Source: Geosiphon pyriformis uo1 (taxonomy: Eukaryota; Fungi; Glomeromycota). Taken from it: a stretch of 64,000 nucleotides of DNA. The stretch is taken from NCBI GenBank assembly GCA_016748015.1, contig JAAOMT010000607.1:434001-498000 (forward strand). The letters run 5' to 3'. Under the pieces are notes generated by a model. It saw only the letters and a list, made by a program, of their open reading frames with translations, ran no database searches and was not told the DNA's origin. Positions 34,711 to 48,899 of this stretch are shown here, piece by piece. A program made the position numbers and the translations under genes. How positions within the stretch are numbered: the stretch's first letter is position 1; each line of letters starts with the position of its first letter.

Positions 34711-37700
34711 TTAATTCTCATCACTGGAACTAAAACCCTGGATTTTATTTTGATCCAATTTTGCAATATATGCCTTCCAATCTGCCCATCCTTCCTCCAT
34801 TCGTTTCTGTTCAGCCTCTTTACTTTCAGTTTTTTTCTGTTGTTTTTCTTGCAATCGTTTCTCCGCCTCTTCTGCCATTTTCCATACATCGGCCATTGTC
34901 AACTGAGTTTTTGGGGGTGGGAAAAAGGTTGGAGCGGGAATAACGCGGCTAGAAGCTTGGAAAGTGGCGCCATTTATCTTTGTAAATTTAAAATTAAGAA
35001 TTGGTTAGTTATGTAAGTTGACAATCAATGTGAATGACGCTGCGCTGAAAGTCATAAATCACACACCTTCGGTTGGGATTGAGTGTCTTCGAAAGAAGTA
35101 GAGCTCTCGCTTTCCGAGTCCTCACTCAAATCAGATTTGTTATCAGTATCAGAGGCTTCGTCCGTTTCAGACCCTTCATTCGAATCAGACTTGTGATCAG
35201 TTTCAGAGTCTCCGTTTGTATCAGATTCTTCATCTTTGTGAGATTCATCTTCGGATTTAGACTCCTGATAATTATCCAAATGGATTTGAAAATTCTTCTG
35301 TAATAAGATATCAGATCGGATAAATGCTTGGATTAAGCAAAAAAATACAGTGTTGAGGGGGAAGACACTTTTTAAAGACTATTAATTAATCAGACTAAAT
35401 AATCAATTTATGCACAAAGATTGAGTATTAAAAATAATTACCTGTTTATGCCAGCCTGGAACAGTCTTTGCAAAAGTCACAGCTTCTTTTCCCTTTTCTT
35501 GATCTCGGTTTTCATGTTGAGATAACCCATTTTGTAAAGATATGAAAAGTTCCTGGGTATTGAATTTTTCTTTGTCTGAAAAAGTATCTAGTCCAGAACT
35601 CGAAGTTTTCTTGTTTTCTAGATTTGCCTTGCCATTATTCTTCACCTCATTTAATTCTTGATGGGAGAAATCCAAATCTTTCTTATTCTCTTCATTAATT
35701 GTAGAGGTTTCATGTCCTGCCTCGTTATTATGAAGGTCATTAGTAAGATCGCCCTCATTTTCACTCTCATCAGACGGAGAATCTGTTGATGACTCTGAAG
35801 ATGAATCTGGTGAAGGTTCCTGTTGAATTTTCGTATTTTGAGCGGCGAGAAAAGCGGTATTGTTATCTAAATCCATATTTTCATTGTAAAAAGTGGCATG
35901 AGCATTCTCCTTAACAGCATTTTGATCAACTGTATCAATCTCAAGAAGTTGGGGATTATCATGCACGTCATTTTTGACAGTTTCAATATCATCTGATTTA
36001 TTGTTGCTCTTATCAGATAAAGAATTCAACAGAGCATAAGATAATTTTTGTTGAGATGGAGTCTCTGGTAGATTGCCTGAGCTTTCCTTCTCTTCTAGGT
36101 TCATTTTATCATTATTGACATTAGCATGAGCACCCTCATTGATATCATTATGCGAGGAAACCAAAACTTCTCTATTTTTTCGATTAATAGTATGAACGTC
36201 ATCTTGGCTGCCATTATTTTCCTCGTCATCTGATTCATCACTACTTTCTTCTAAGGTAGAACCTAACAGTTCGTGTTGCGATAAAATATTATTGGTTAGA
36301 GCACCTGTGGCGCTCTCGTTTCCAGGCTCCACATTAATAATGCTATTGATGTGACCCTCATTTAGGTCGTAAGAAACGGGGAAAGTTTTTTGATGTTCTT
36401 TGTGGGCAATAAGAGTATGATAATCTTGGGGATTATTATGGTTTTTGACTTCATCTGATACTTTACTGGTCTCGTCAGAGGAAGACGCTGTTGATGATTC
36501 TAGGGAGTGCTCTTGTGTGGATAGAGTCTTTTTTATAACCCCTAAATCTTTTTTATCATTTAGAACCATCTCATCATTGTCGGGATTAGCAACAATACCC
36601 TCAATTACATCATTAAAAGAGTGTTCCAAATTTTTTCTCATTTCTTCATGACCAATAACTTGGGAATCATTCAATTTACTTTTAACATTTTCCTCGTAAT
36701 CTGAATCATCGCTGCTTTCGTTTGAGGAAGAATCTGAACGTGAATTCGACGATGATTCTTTTTGAGATAAGATGTCCTCGTCTAGATCCATATTATCAGT
36801 ACTGGTATTATTATGAGCTTTTTGAATTACTTTATTATTAGAGGAAGCAGACAAATCTTTCCGATCTTTTTCATGGTCGTTAAAGACATCAATACCTTGA
36901 TGGTTATGAAAGGCATTTTTGGTATTTCCCTCATCTTCACTTTCATAAGAGGAGGAATCGGTTGTTGATCCATATTGAGATCGAGGATCTAGCACAGCGA
37001 CCGAGAATTCCTTACTGATTACATCTATATTATTATCATTGACATTGATATGACTGCTCGCATTTATGCCATTATGAGAAGAGATAGCCGACTCTTTTCG
37101 ATGTTTTTCATGGACACTATAGATGTCGTGAACTTGGCCATCATTTTGATCTGTTTTCATATCATCATCTTCATCAGAGGAAGACGCGGTTAATAACTTG
37201 AATGTTGTATTGGCTGATGAAATGGTTTGAGATGGACCATGTTGTACTAAGGAATCAAACTCTCGTATACCATTTAAGTTGACATCAACCTTTTCCTCAT
37301 CTTGACTCTTCTCTTGGGAGAAAGGGTTTGAAGAAGACCCTGATAATTGATCTTGAACTGGAACATTTTCCTCATGCTCATTTCTGTCACAAGAGAGAAT
37401 ATTTGAAGATAACCCCATTGATAATTCGCTTTGAATTTGATTTTCCGTTTTCTGTGTTGATTTTTTCTGATTTGGAATCAAAGAGCCTAAACTCTACATG
37501 CGTGGGAGATGGTTGAATTTTGAGAAAACAAAACATTATGGCTATACTCAATTTCGAAGTACTTACCTTCTTTTGATTCACATAATCCGAAGCTTCATTC
37601 ATTGGAGTTCCCTCATGTTGATCTCTCCCCTTTTGGGAACCAGATGAAAAGTACTAGTGGGTAGTTGAAAGAAATTGGCATTAGTGACTATGGGAAACAA

Positions 37701-40048
37701 AAAATCATTTCAATTTTTATATTTGAAAAATTTCAATAAAGGAAAACTATTCATAAGGCTTGCTTTAAGCTCAGGAAGATCTGGGGAATATGATCGATGA
37801 AAACATTACGCTGATAAATAGGGTTGAAAAAATATAGGAATGTAGTTTTTGGCACCTTAACATGTTCCTCTTCTTCTGCAAGCTGCGAAGAAATCTTATA
37901 AGAGGGTACTATAGGGTATCTTGCCATACGTCGAGCCCTTCTTTTTAATTTTTTTTTGACTGACCATATTTTTTCGATCCTCATTGCTCGAGCTATTGTG
38001 GCCCCCTTATTTAGCATTTTTCGCTGGGATTATAAAAGGAAAACAAATTTAATTAGGCAAAAATCGAACCATCTGTTCTTTTATTAAATTTTTTAACTTA
38101 CTTTCTCTCCATAGCCATATCTGTCGACATTTTTTCGGGGATCCTCTATAGCTTAGGTATTTATTCAATAAGATTATTTTTGATTATTACTATAAATGAA
38201 TGAATAAATAAATAAATATGTTTACCTTTTTTTGAGTCAAAAAACTTGTTTTGATTATGGTCACTGCTGGTGTTCATTAAATCCAGATCCAAATTTCGGG
38301 TATTAAGTAGTTCCTCCTCGGATACCAAATCGATTATCTCAGGGTTACGGGTAAGATCAACTATTTCAACTTGTGAGGTGAGGCATTTGTCCCTTTTTCT
38401 GTTTGTTTCACCAGTTTGAGTGTAACTTGTTGACGGAGCAGGAGCTGGCGAATCAGTAAGTTGTACAACTCTTTGATCTTGATATTTGTTTATATCTAAA
38501 TTTTTGTCGAGTGATGATGTCGTTTCTTTAGACGTGTAGATGGTTTCTGTTAAGAAAAATTATCGTTTTTTATGAAATTATTAAGATATGTCACTTCTTT
38601 TCCGATAATCTTCCGCAAGGGAATTATTGTTGAAAATTGTTGGGTGGAAAGTTCAAGATGATGATAATAATAATACCTTTTTGCGACATCTGGAGGGCAA
38701 AACGATTATTTTCTTGAATTTCAGTCTCATCTATGGTGTTTTTGGTGCCTTTGTCCGAAGAATTATTTTTCTCTGAGATAAACTTTTTATTATTGTCTCT
38801 AGTATGGCATGCTAAAATTTTCGCGCTACTTGACCTTGAACTTATATCGACAATGTCGATGTCCGAGTTATGTGAGGAAAGAAAACGATCCACAAGTCCG
38901 TCATCCCTATTATCATTCTGATCGCTAGGAAGACTTTCACGATCAAATTCACCAAGATCTTTCAGTGAAGTTGATTGAGGAACTGTTTGAAGAAGTTCTA
39001 TCTCATTAAAGGTTTTTAACTTTTTGAAGGCTTAGGACGAGAATTGTCATCTGAAAGCGAAGCTTTACCGTAATCATTTTCTTCAAATTTCCTTTTCTGT
39101 TCAAAATCTTTTGATGAACTCTTATGTGAAGGTGATGCGATATCTGAAGTTTCTGTTAATGATAACTGGTTGGCTTGAGCGTTATCTAGCAAGATCTTTG
39201 ATGAGGAATGTTCCTTTGACTTTTTCAGTAATGTCCTGGTCGGGCTTGTGGTACCTTTTGGAGAAGTGTTGTACAGCTCAATCAGTGATGACGAGGGCAA
39301 TTGATGCTCCCTTAGCCTGTTCTTTGACGCTTTAGTTGAATTTGAAGAACCATCAACAGGAATTTTAGCTAGTTCAACTTTTGATGAGGTTTGGTGCTTT
39401 TTTTTTCTACTTTTTGACTCTCTGGTTGAGCTTAGATTACCCTCAACCGGATATTTGTTTGACTGGTTCCTTGAGGAAAGAGAAGGTGAATGCTTTCTCG
39501 GCTCACTCTTTGAGCCTCTGGTTTGGTTTAAGATGTCATATTTTTGCGCGTTGCTTGCCTCGTTCTTTAATGAGGAACGTGGAAGATGCTCGGTTGGATT
39601 AATTACTGACACCGAAACTTTTTTTTGGACATCTTGGTTTTGGCTCCTTTTAGAATTCTTTATTTTTTGAACAGCTGTAGAGGAAGGGGAATTTTGGTTG
39701 GATGAGGTAACTGTTTCACAAACTTTTACAGAAGTCTGGTGCTTTGAAAACCCTTTTGGTTTTGTTTTAGTAACTTTCCTTGGGTTCGATTCAATTTCAG
39801 CCTTATTTTCACTGGAAGAGTCAAAGGAGCGTTTCTTTCGATCCGAAACTTGGAGCGTTGAAGACATTGAGATTTTATGTTCCAAAGATGAACTCGCCTT
39901 TAATTTGAATTTTTCTGGCTCTTTCAATCATAAAAGTTATAGAGTAACAGAAAACGTAGATTATCGAATGGTTAGAGGGAAAAGAGTAAGTTAAGAAACG
40001 TATAATAGCGCCCAAGAAAACCAAATCTGAGACCAAAAAATTGAGAAA
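34711..40048 (-). CDS. Multi-exon gene for a large low-complexity protein (Ser/Lys-rich N-terminus, SIM-like motifs, ~75-80-aa Ser/Asp/Glu repeats); function unknown; start codon uncertain
   Basis: Long open frames 39016-39927, 38624-38893, 37751-38017, 35403-37481, 35052-35279 and 34711-34902, several joinable by GT..AG introns; CpG retained unlike in the TEs. Confidence 0.7.
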
Positions 40049-41094
40049 TTTCGCTGCCATTGTTAATCCATAATCGCGATCTAAACGCTGATTGGTTCTC
40101 ACATACAGAAAAAAATAGGTTCGTTAAAAAGATAAATATAATTTTATTTTTCGCTATTATTTTAATATTTTTATCAAAAAAGAAATGAAAAGAAATCGAT
40201 GAGTCATTAAAAGATCGCCATATTACTAACTTAAATGAAATAGATATGGGTATGCAAAGACTCCCTGGTCCACTTTCCAATAGAGATGAAAATAAATATT
40301 TGTAACATTTTCGCCATTTTTGTTCGTGCTCAGTTTCTTCTTTGAACAATTGTAAATTAACTAATTTTTTTGTAGCTATGTGAGCACTTGTAACATGTAT
40401 CTAAAAATCAAAACTGTCATTTTTATTATAATAATTTTAATAACTTTCCCAAATAAATAAATAAATTTTATAATGTGTAATTTTTAAAACAAATCATTAA
40501 CTTTATTACAACACTTATTAATTTTTACAGATTAAAATATTTTCAAAATATAAAATCTAAAGTACAATATTTGTAATCAATTAATATAAGGCATTTACCA
40601 CGTTTAATGAATTTTAAAAAAAAATTTCATAATTTGAATCATTTTATTCCTTTATTGTTAGAACTTTGACTTAATTAAAATTACCTTTTGTTTGATTTAC
40701 CAAATTTTTTATAAAAAGCTTTTTGTTTTTTAAAAACTTTATTAATTTATTTATTTTTCAATTGTAAACTAACTTTTTATCATGTATTTTCAATTAATTG
40801 GTTCATTTAAATTTAATCCTGATTTAAGAAGTTTTCAGGCTTAAATAATATGAAGTTTTTTTGCCAATTATCCCATTTCTTATATTTAAACAATAAACAA
40901 CCAATTTCAAAACAGATAAGTATCAAATATATTTCTATGTTAGAAAAAACAAAACAGTAGTTCAATGACTGTAATATATCATGATTATTCTAGAATAATA
41001 AAGCGAAGGGAACTTCCAATGTAATATTCTTGCACTATTAATTCACTCAGAAAACAATGACTATTAATAATTCATCTACCCTTCTCTGCTACTA

Positions 41095-43028
41095 TTAGAC
41101 TCTCCGGGAGGATGAAAATTGTAACCTCTTTTCATAAAATCGGATCACCTTTTAAAAACAACAAAATTACGAAAAGCTGAATATTTACACAGTAATTACA
41201 TTTTAAGAATTGATCAGAAGAGAGGAAATCAAAAAAATCGCAAAAGTACCTTTTGTGGGCATTTTACATTTACTAATTTGTTAGGATGACATGTAGTGCG
41301 GCCATTATTCCTATAGTAAAAAATAACATGAATGAATTTAAAGCCTTCGCAAATAGCTATTAAAATTTAAGTTGCCTACGTACCAAAGAAGATATAGCAC
41401 CAAAGTCCCCTGATCATTTACTTGGACCGTCTGTACCTCCTTAATCAAGCCCTCCCAGCTACCGGATATTTCAGCCGGATTAAACCTTTCTCCTAAGGTA
41501 TCCGAGTCAGTTGAGGTCTTATCTGAATGTTTCAGTTGAGCAGTCGAGGCCGATGAAATGAATGTATTGGAAGTGTCATCGGTGATACCATTTCGTGGGG
41601 GAGACACCGATTTTCGTAACTGTCTTCTCTTAACCGGATGCTCATCCATTCCTGATTGGTAGGATTCAATTAAAGATGAGCTATCATCGGGGACACCGTT
41701 TCGGTCAGGGGTCACTGATTTTCGCTTATCGCTTATCTTGGATGGTTGATCATCCACTGATTTTGAGGAGCCCTCATCATCGTCTTCATGGTCATTTGTG
41801 GTAGCAGAGTCTCGATCGGGGGTCAGTGATTTCCGATAATTTCGACTCTTGGCCTGTGATTCATTAGATCGTAATTTATGTGACCTTTTTGAGGTCGACG
41901 CTTTATATTTAGATCGTATTTCAGATTTAGTTGACCTCGGTGACTTTCTAGACGTGGCCGATGTTGGGGTGGTACTTTGATTTCTTCGCGGTGTCATTAG
42001 TGCCTTTGTTTTTTCGGGCAATTTACGCCATCGCTCTTTATCATTCACATCTTGCTCTTTCTGATCCCAGTATTGTTGAATAAGAGATTCACAAAACCTA
42101 AATATGTATAATTAGTCAAATCATTATTTGAGAATGTGAAGGAAGAGAAATAACTTGTTATTCAATAGGATAAATCCCAATAAAACAGAAGAAAACTGAG
42201 TATTTTCTTACAAATTATCCCGTTTCTCCCAAGTATTCTGGTCCTCGGGAAAACCTATCCATTTTTAAAAGCGGATCGACGATCAATGGAAAAGGGTCGA
42301 TACATGAATGAACCATGAATGTCGCCGATCATTACATAGATTTTGAAGGTTCAATTTTGCAAATGATCAATAGCATAATTTTCCTTCTTACTTGCCTTCC
42401 CACTTTATCAAATATTCAAGTACACCCTATATATAATAGTAGGATGCCAAATGATTCCATTATTAAGAAGAGTTTGAGGAATAAAATTGAAGTTTCCAAA
42501 CTTTAGAGCCAAATTACTTACCCTTTTTGCTCTATGATCACAAATAGCTTCAACGGTATAAATATCTTCGCCTTCAGGCATGCTTATATCTTCGTTACTG
42601 TCACCTAACCCAGACTCAGGATCCTCTTCAAAATTTTCCGTGTTTTCTTCTGCAGCAGGAGTATCAACAGCAGCAATAGAGCTAGTGGCACTAATACTAT
42701 CACTAACGTCATGTTTATTCTGTTTCTTTTGTTTTCCCTTTAACACTTTTCTTTTATGAGCCGAGTTTTTAACTGGTTGATCTATCTCTTGATCACCAAC
42801 ATGGTCTATGCTTCTTTCACCGTCGCTAGAAACTTGATCAACTTCCTCTTCCAGTTCTTTTTGTTCTTGCTTATCATATTGATCCGTTTCCTCCTGTTGC
42901 TGCTGCTGCTGGTTTTCTCGCAAAACCACTTTTCTTGATGGTGTTTCGTCAACAAAAGATTCTTCCAACTCAATAACTTCTTGGAATTTACGTTTCTCTC
43001 CTGTTACTGCTCCTGTTTTTGAAGCCAT
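41095..43028 (-). CDS. swi6: HP1/Swi6-family heterochromatin protein (chromodomain + chromo-shadow domain), 6 exons
   Basis: Exons 43028-42522, 42426-42396, 42254-42212, 42097-41384, 41310-41250 and 41148-41095 give YTVEAICDHRAKRGVLEYLIKWEGFPEDQNTWE (chromodomain) and LVLYLLWNNGRTTCHPNKLVNVKCPQKVIRFYEKRLQF (chromo-shadow). Confidence 0.9.
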
Positions 43029-44046
43029 TTTTTTTGTTTTAAGGAATTACAGCGAATACTCTACTAGCCTGTTCAAAGTGGATGATGAAAATTTGAATAA
43101 TTTCAAAGATATCAAGGTAGTTAGACAATTACTAATTATTACTCTTATCCGAATGCTATCCGAGGGAATAGCTCGCGTAGTAACAGCTAAATGGAAAAAA
43201 ACGCGTGTCAACATTTATGCAAAAGAATAGTTTTGGACATCTTATTTGAACCCACCACTGATCTAGTATAGGGTCATATAAGTCGATCGTTGACACTTCA
43301 GAATTTCTTAGCATGACACACCAATTTAACATAATTAATTGGGACAATCTGAGGCCTTTGAAGAACTGAGCGCTTCGTAGTAAATATGGGATGAGCAATA
43401 TCCCAAACATAAATTATTAGAAAATTGATTATATTTATTTTAGGGTAATGGAGCAGTCCCCCCGCTTAAAGGGTAGGTTATCTACATCACACTGCCTCAA
43501 GCAAAGAAAAGAAATTGGCATACATGTCTTAAGACTTGATTGACCAGTAATTTCGGAGAGATATGATAGTATACAAGAAATGGGTAATAGGGACAAATAA
43601 TGATAAAAAGAGGTGTTTGGGACTGATAGATTAGTACTTTTAAAAAATAATTATGAAGGCTGTAAAAGATGAGTATGGTTAATCAACACAGAAAGATGTT
43701 GTATGTTATAGACTAATAAAGATTTGTAATAGTATACAAGATATGTTGGATGTGTTTGTCTTTTTGAAAAAGTTAGAATATTTGATCTTAGAGGGGTGAT
43801 ATTGTATATAAAAGTATGCATGGTAGTCTTGATGAGGATGATAAACGCACTCAAGATGTGCATTGGGATTTTGGTGTTGGGAATTGAAATTGCAAGACAA
43901 CAATCTAATGGGTGATTGCGAAAGAACAAGATTTGAAATAAGTTAAAGTTGATTGGATGCTTGGGATGCAACTCATGGGACAAGCGGAGAAAACAATTTT
44001 TGAATATAGATCTTCACCACGAAGACTTCTGTTTTATATAATGTTC

Positions 44047-47000
44047 CTACGTCTTTCGTTTCGCAAAAGTTCTATTCAACAATTGTAGCATCTTGTTCAC
44101 GTCCAGCTGTACATATTCTAGATCAAGAGATAAGACGTTGTCTTGTTGCTAATAAAAAGGTATGAAAAGAAAAAAGATGAAATGTGGTCGTTTGAGCGTC
44201 AAGAATCAATATATTTAATACTCTTACCTTCTCTAATAGGTCGTCTAGTTTGAGATCCATTTCTAAGATGGCTGCCTCTCGGCCTTTATAGTGCAAGGCA
44301 ATGATAAAGGTTCCCGGGATCGGTGATGAAATATTAAAGTAAAGATTTTGTCGTCTATCAATTTTCAGAGAATTTAATTAGATGTTGTGAGCTTATGTAA
44401 CTTAAGCTTTCAAGATCTTATAAAACAGTTTTTTAAATTTGGGCCAAAAAACCTACCGATTCTCGGGTACATTGGTTTCAACAATAATACCATCTCGCTC
44501 CAGAGTGGCATGGGTAAATTTGAAAGGTCCAAGAACCTTAATTTTCGGGGGATTATGGCCTTTACCATTAACCTTAACCACACTCGAACCAGGACCTACA
44601 CCAGTGTCTTTATTCGTCTGTATCCTCACATTCTGCAAATATGCTTTATAACTTTCTAACTGACTTCGTAAGTAATTATTATGATCACAAATCGTCTTGT
44701 ATACAGACTCGAGAGATTTGATTTCTTCATGAACTTTTTCTCGTAAATTGCCCAGATGTGTTAATTCTGCTGCTACTTCTTCGGTCATCAGGTGATATCC
44801 ATCTTTATAATCAATAATTTGGGCTTCTTGAAGTTCTCGAAGCATTTCTTTTACTTTAATCCCTTTGCGAACCAGCGTGGCATCTTTGGTGGTTGCCGCT
44901 GTTTCGGCTATGTTTGTTAAATTAAATGGACGCCGTTCAGCCACCCGCGGAATTGAGCGAATCAATTGAACAAAAATTGATTTTGTTTCCATATACAAAA
45001 TATCGTATTGTGTTACATTATTGTCAGACATGAACGCTGAGGCAATATCTTTAAATTTTTCAAGAAATGAATTAGTCGATTAGTATTAAATGTATAAACC
45101 AATTTCAAACCATTCTCCAAGTGCAAAAGACTCAAAATTTTACACAAAGAATTCATTTACATATACCTTGTATAGGTGTCTCCCAACGACTAAATAATGG
45201 TAACTCTATCGTTCTATTCTCTTTTCTCGGTACTTGCGCGGGTGCTGGTCCTACTTCTTCCAATAAAATCCGTAAATGACTTTTGTCAGAAGTCGCCTGA
45301 AAAAAAAGGAAGCAGTAAAAAATTCACTTTTTCAATTATTATAAAGACTATTCTGAGATTTGTAGACCACGAAATAGTAAGTAGACCATAAAAATTATTT
45401 CTACCAGAATTTCTTGATGTTGAACCAATAACGTATGTGTGTTGTATATTTCGTTTAGCGTTATGTGAAGTATAAGATCTTTTTTTGATAAAGCCATATA
45501 TTGATCCATCTAAATGAGCCCAAAAATTTAAGGTGAACAATTAATAAAGGATATCTGGAGGTGAGAATAAAATACCAAGATACATGAAATTCCAAAAACG
45601 ACAACAACTTACCTCTAAACTTTCATAAAAATCTCCAACCTCGCATAATTCATTTAAAAATCGATTTATGCGTTGTTTATTACTCTCGACAAACGGGTTC
45701 AACATAATCATGTACTCTTCTTTTGAATAAGTTGGTTTATTGGCAAGGTTTTGAAGCATTTTTGCGATCTATAAATTTCAAAGTAAAATGAAATAAAGAA
45801 GTTAAAAGAGAAAAAAAGTATATAAAGAGGACATAAGATTGTAAAAAATTGATGTACCTACCAGGGTTAAGGTTCGCCTTGGATGTTTACCAGGTATACC
45901 ATCAATCAGCATATAAGATTGAGGAGTAACAATGGCCGGATTAATAAATCGAAGAAAAAAAAATCCACCAATTAACGAGCACATGGCAACCTCAGCCGCA
46001 TCAGGATATCTTCTCTACAAAAATACAAGTGACGATAAATTTGAATTCCTTATTTATTGCCAAAATAAATCCTGAAGACAACCACCTTAGTCAACGAACG
46101 AATTTGTTTACAAATCCATCGAATTCCGTATGGTACTTGTTCACGAGACTCGATGATTGTGGTTAGAAATGAGTTGGCTATTTCCATTAACATTTTTAGT
46201 CGAGGCCCAATTATTGCTTGAACATCTACGTTCGCAGCCGCTACGTCTGGTGTAACACTTCTTTGAAGATGTTGGGGAATAGTACCATTTTCTTCTTCGA
46301 TTTGTTTAATCATTTGTTCGTATACCTGACACAAGGTAAAAGGATGAAAAAAACCTTTGAACATTTCAAGATATTTTTACGTAATATTTTTATGGTAAAA
46401 CTATCATTGTCACTTAAGAATACCTTGAGAGGATTAATTTCCAAATTTAAATTTTTGTGTTCAATCAGACTATTAATACGTTCCGATAATACTGATTTTA
46501 GGTAACTTTGACCTGGTCCACGTCGAGTATATGTTGTCATCATTCGTGATACAGGTGTATTAGCTCGAAGTAACGACCCAAAATCAAGTGTAGTTTCGAA
46601 TTGTGCCGAAAGGACTGACTTTTCATTCCAAGAATTTGACCAAATCCCAGATAAAGTATATAAGTAAGTTTTTATCAATAAATTTAATTTCAAAAATACA
46701 TATATATAGCAGCAACACTAAGTTTGCTCACCTGGAACATTGTCAGTAATAAATGTTCTTCTCTGCTTTCGTATTGATTTCCGTAAAGCGTGAACATGAC
46801 CGTTTGTAATAATGTATCAATTTCTGTCAAGCTAACAAGACGACATAGAGTGGCGATATGACGTGGTTCTGTTTGGAGGAGAAAAAAGAGATTTCCATAT
46901 TGTTGAATTTTACGATCATCCGGAAAGCTACCCTCTTGGGGGTCCATCTCCTCAAAATGGCTTTCAACCTCTTGTTTCTTTGATTTTAATTTGAATTATA

Positions 47001-48201
47001 GAAATATATTAAATTAAACTGAAAAAATATCCAATCACGATAAAAGTTTTATAAGCTGAAAACAAATTTTAAAGATTTCAGGCCTTTAAAATTTGCTTTC
47101 TTGAGAAACCGAGAAAGTTTTTGATTTTCTATTGGTAAGGTGAAACACTTGATATTTCGTGTGAAATTACGAGAAATCAACAAAATTCAATTTTAACCAA
47201 TGCCAAGTTTTTGAAAACTTGAATGAAATATTGAATTTCAGTAACTTCTCGAGATTTCTACTTGGAGGAACAATAAAACGTTCTCGACATCTCAATAAAT
47301 CAAATCACAACACACCTAAAATTTCAAAATTTTTGTTTGTTTTAACATTTATTAAAACCCCTTTTTGAACATCATTAAAAACAAAAATAATTCATAATGA
47401 ATGATAGTAAATAAATAATAATAAATCCTGATTTATATATTATTTATTTATTTATTTATATCTTGCTCATTATAATTATTTGAGTTTATTAATCATTATG
47501 ATTATTAAAAATATTTGTAAATTTGTACCTCATCTAGAGCCATACGATTCGCAATCAACAACGCAATTCGGGAATCGAGATACCGCACATCACGTTCCAA
47601 AACAAAATTCTTTTTAGATTGGGCTGATATCCGACTTTTTAATTCTCGTAAACGTCGTTGAGCTGTAATTAGAATGATGAGGATGATGAGAATCAGTACT
47701 GAAGGTGATTTCAAAAAAGTTTAGCGTGTTCATTCTTTTTAATTTATATCACAAAATTTCCCAAATAGGACTAAAAACTATAAAATTACCCTTTTTTAAG
47801 TATAATGTAGAAAATTTTGTTGAATCCTTATTACGAAAAACCTTCACGATCAAGTTCAAAGGGATTTCACACTTCAACTAGCTCTCCTCCCAAACACCAA
47901 CTAAGCACCCACCATGAGCTTTGGAAAGAAACCAAAAGATGCAAGAAATGTTCACACCAAAGAAAGTCTACCTGAGGTAAATTCAAAAATAACATTACAT
48001 GCCTTTAGCTAACTCATCTTCAACCTCAACATCCTGTTCAGCGGCCATTGAGTATAGTGCGGTGACAGAATATCTTTTACTTGTACGACTACTATCTGTT
48101 GTTGTCGTGGTTAAACGTCTTGAATTTGAAGTACCATTGGCAGGTCGCATTGTCGGTATGATGGGAATTCCATAACTGGCTAGTACACTCTCACGCTCCA
48201 T
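44047..48201 (-). CDS. gap1: Ras GTPase-activating protein, Gap1/Sar1 (IQGAP-related RasGAP + RasGAP_C) type, multi-exon
   Basis: [19 protein letters not shown]; [15 protein letters not shown]; LLRAN arginine finger; [12 protein letters not shown]; [16 protein letters not shown] RasGAP signature; ends [17 protein letters not shown]. Confidence 0.92.
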
Positions 48202-48899
48202 GCCTCGTGTATTAGCGCGTGTAAAAATATATATCTCGCTTTATTTTTATTTTATTATTAGGAGCCTCGGTCTTTAGGCTGGTTTGCTGTTTAGTTGAGG
48301 CGTAAGTAATATGGGTTGCTATAATAATATTTTTGTCTTTGGTTTGAATTGTGCAGATATCAATATAATTTCTAAACTCAATTTGATGGAGACTTTCATA
48401 TAACCACAACATGTACAGTAACTGATGAGTGTAACCCACGCCAAACGAGAACGACCCCCAAGTTGTTACAGATTAAAATTAAAAATTAGGAATTAAATGT
48501 TTGATGTTATGACTAATCGAATTTGGGATCACAAAAGTTTAGATTGAAATGGAATACAGAAAATCAAAACCTCAAAATGCCATTTTAGTTGGTATTTTTC
48601 AAGTCAGTAAAAAAACAATTGAAAATAATTGCAGCATTTTTTTTTATTAAGTTTTAACAAAGTGTGCCCAAACACTATCTAATACAATAGTCAAATTAAG
48701 TAACTTAAATTAAATGTGTATTATGTACTTTTTACATGTAACCAATTATTTAAGTCAGTCAAAACACAAACTAAGCTGAACCAAAAAAGATTAAAAGTAA
48801 ATCCAGTTTATTAAGTCTCTTTATAATACCATTTAAATTTTGATTATTAAAAATAAACTTATTAAAAAACAGTTTAGTTTTCTTAATATTATTCTTAAT

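Noticed and set aside
39972-40349. 125-aa ORF, and ORFs at 43156-43983 and 48212-48439
   Set aside because: Mostly non-ATG starts or no recognisable motifs; they lie in promoter or UTR regions of the host genes.
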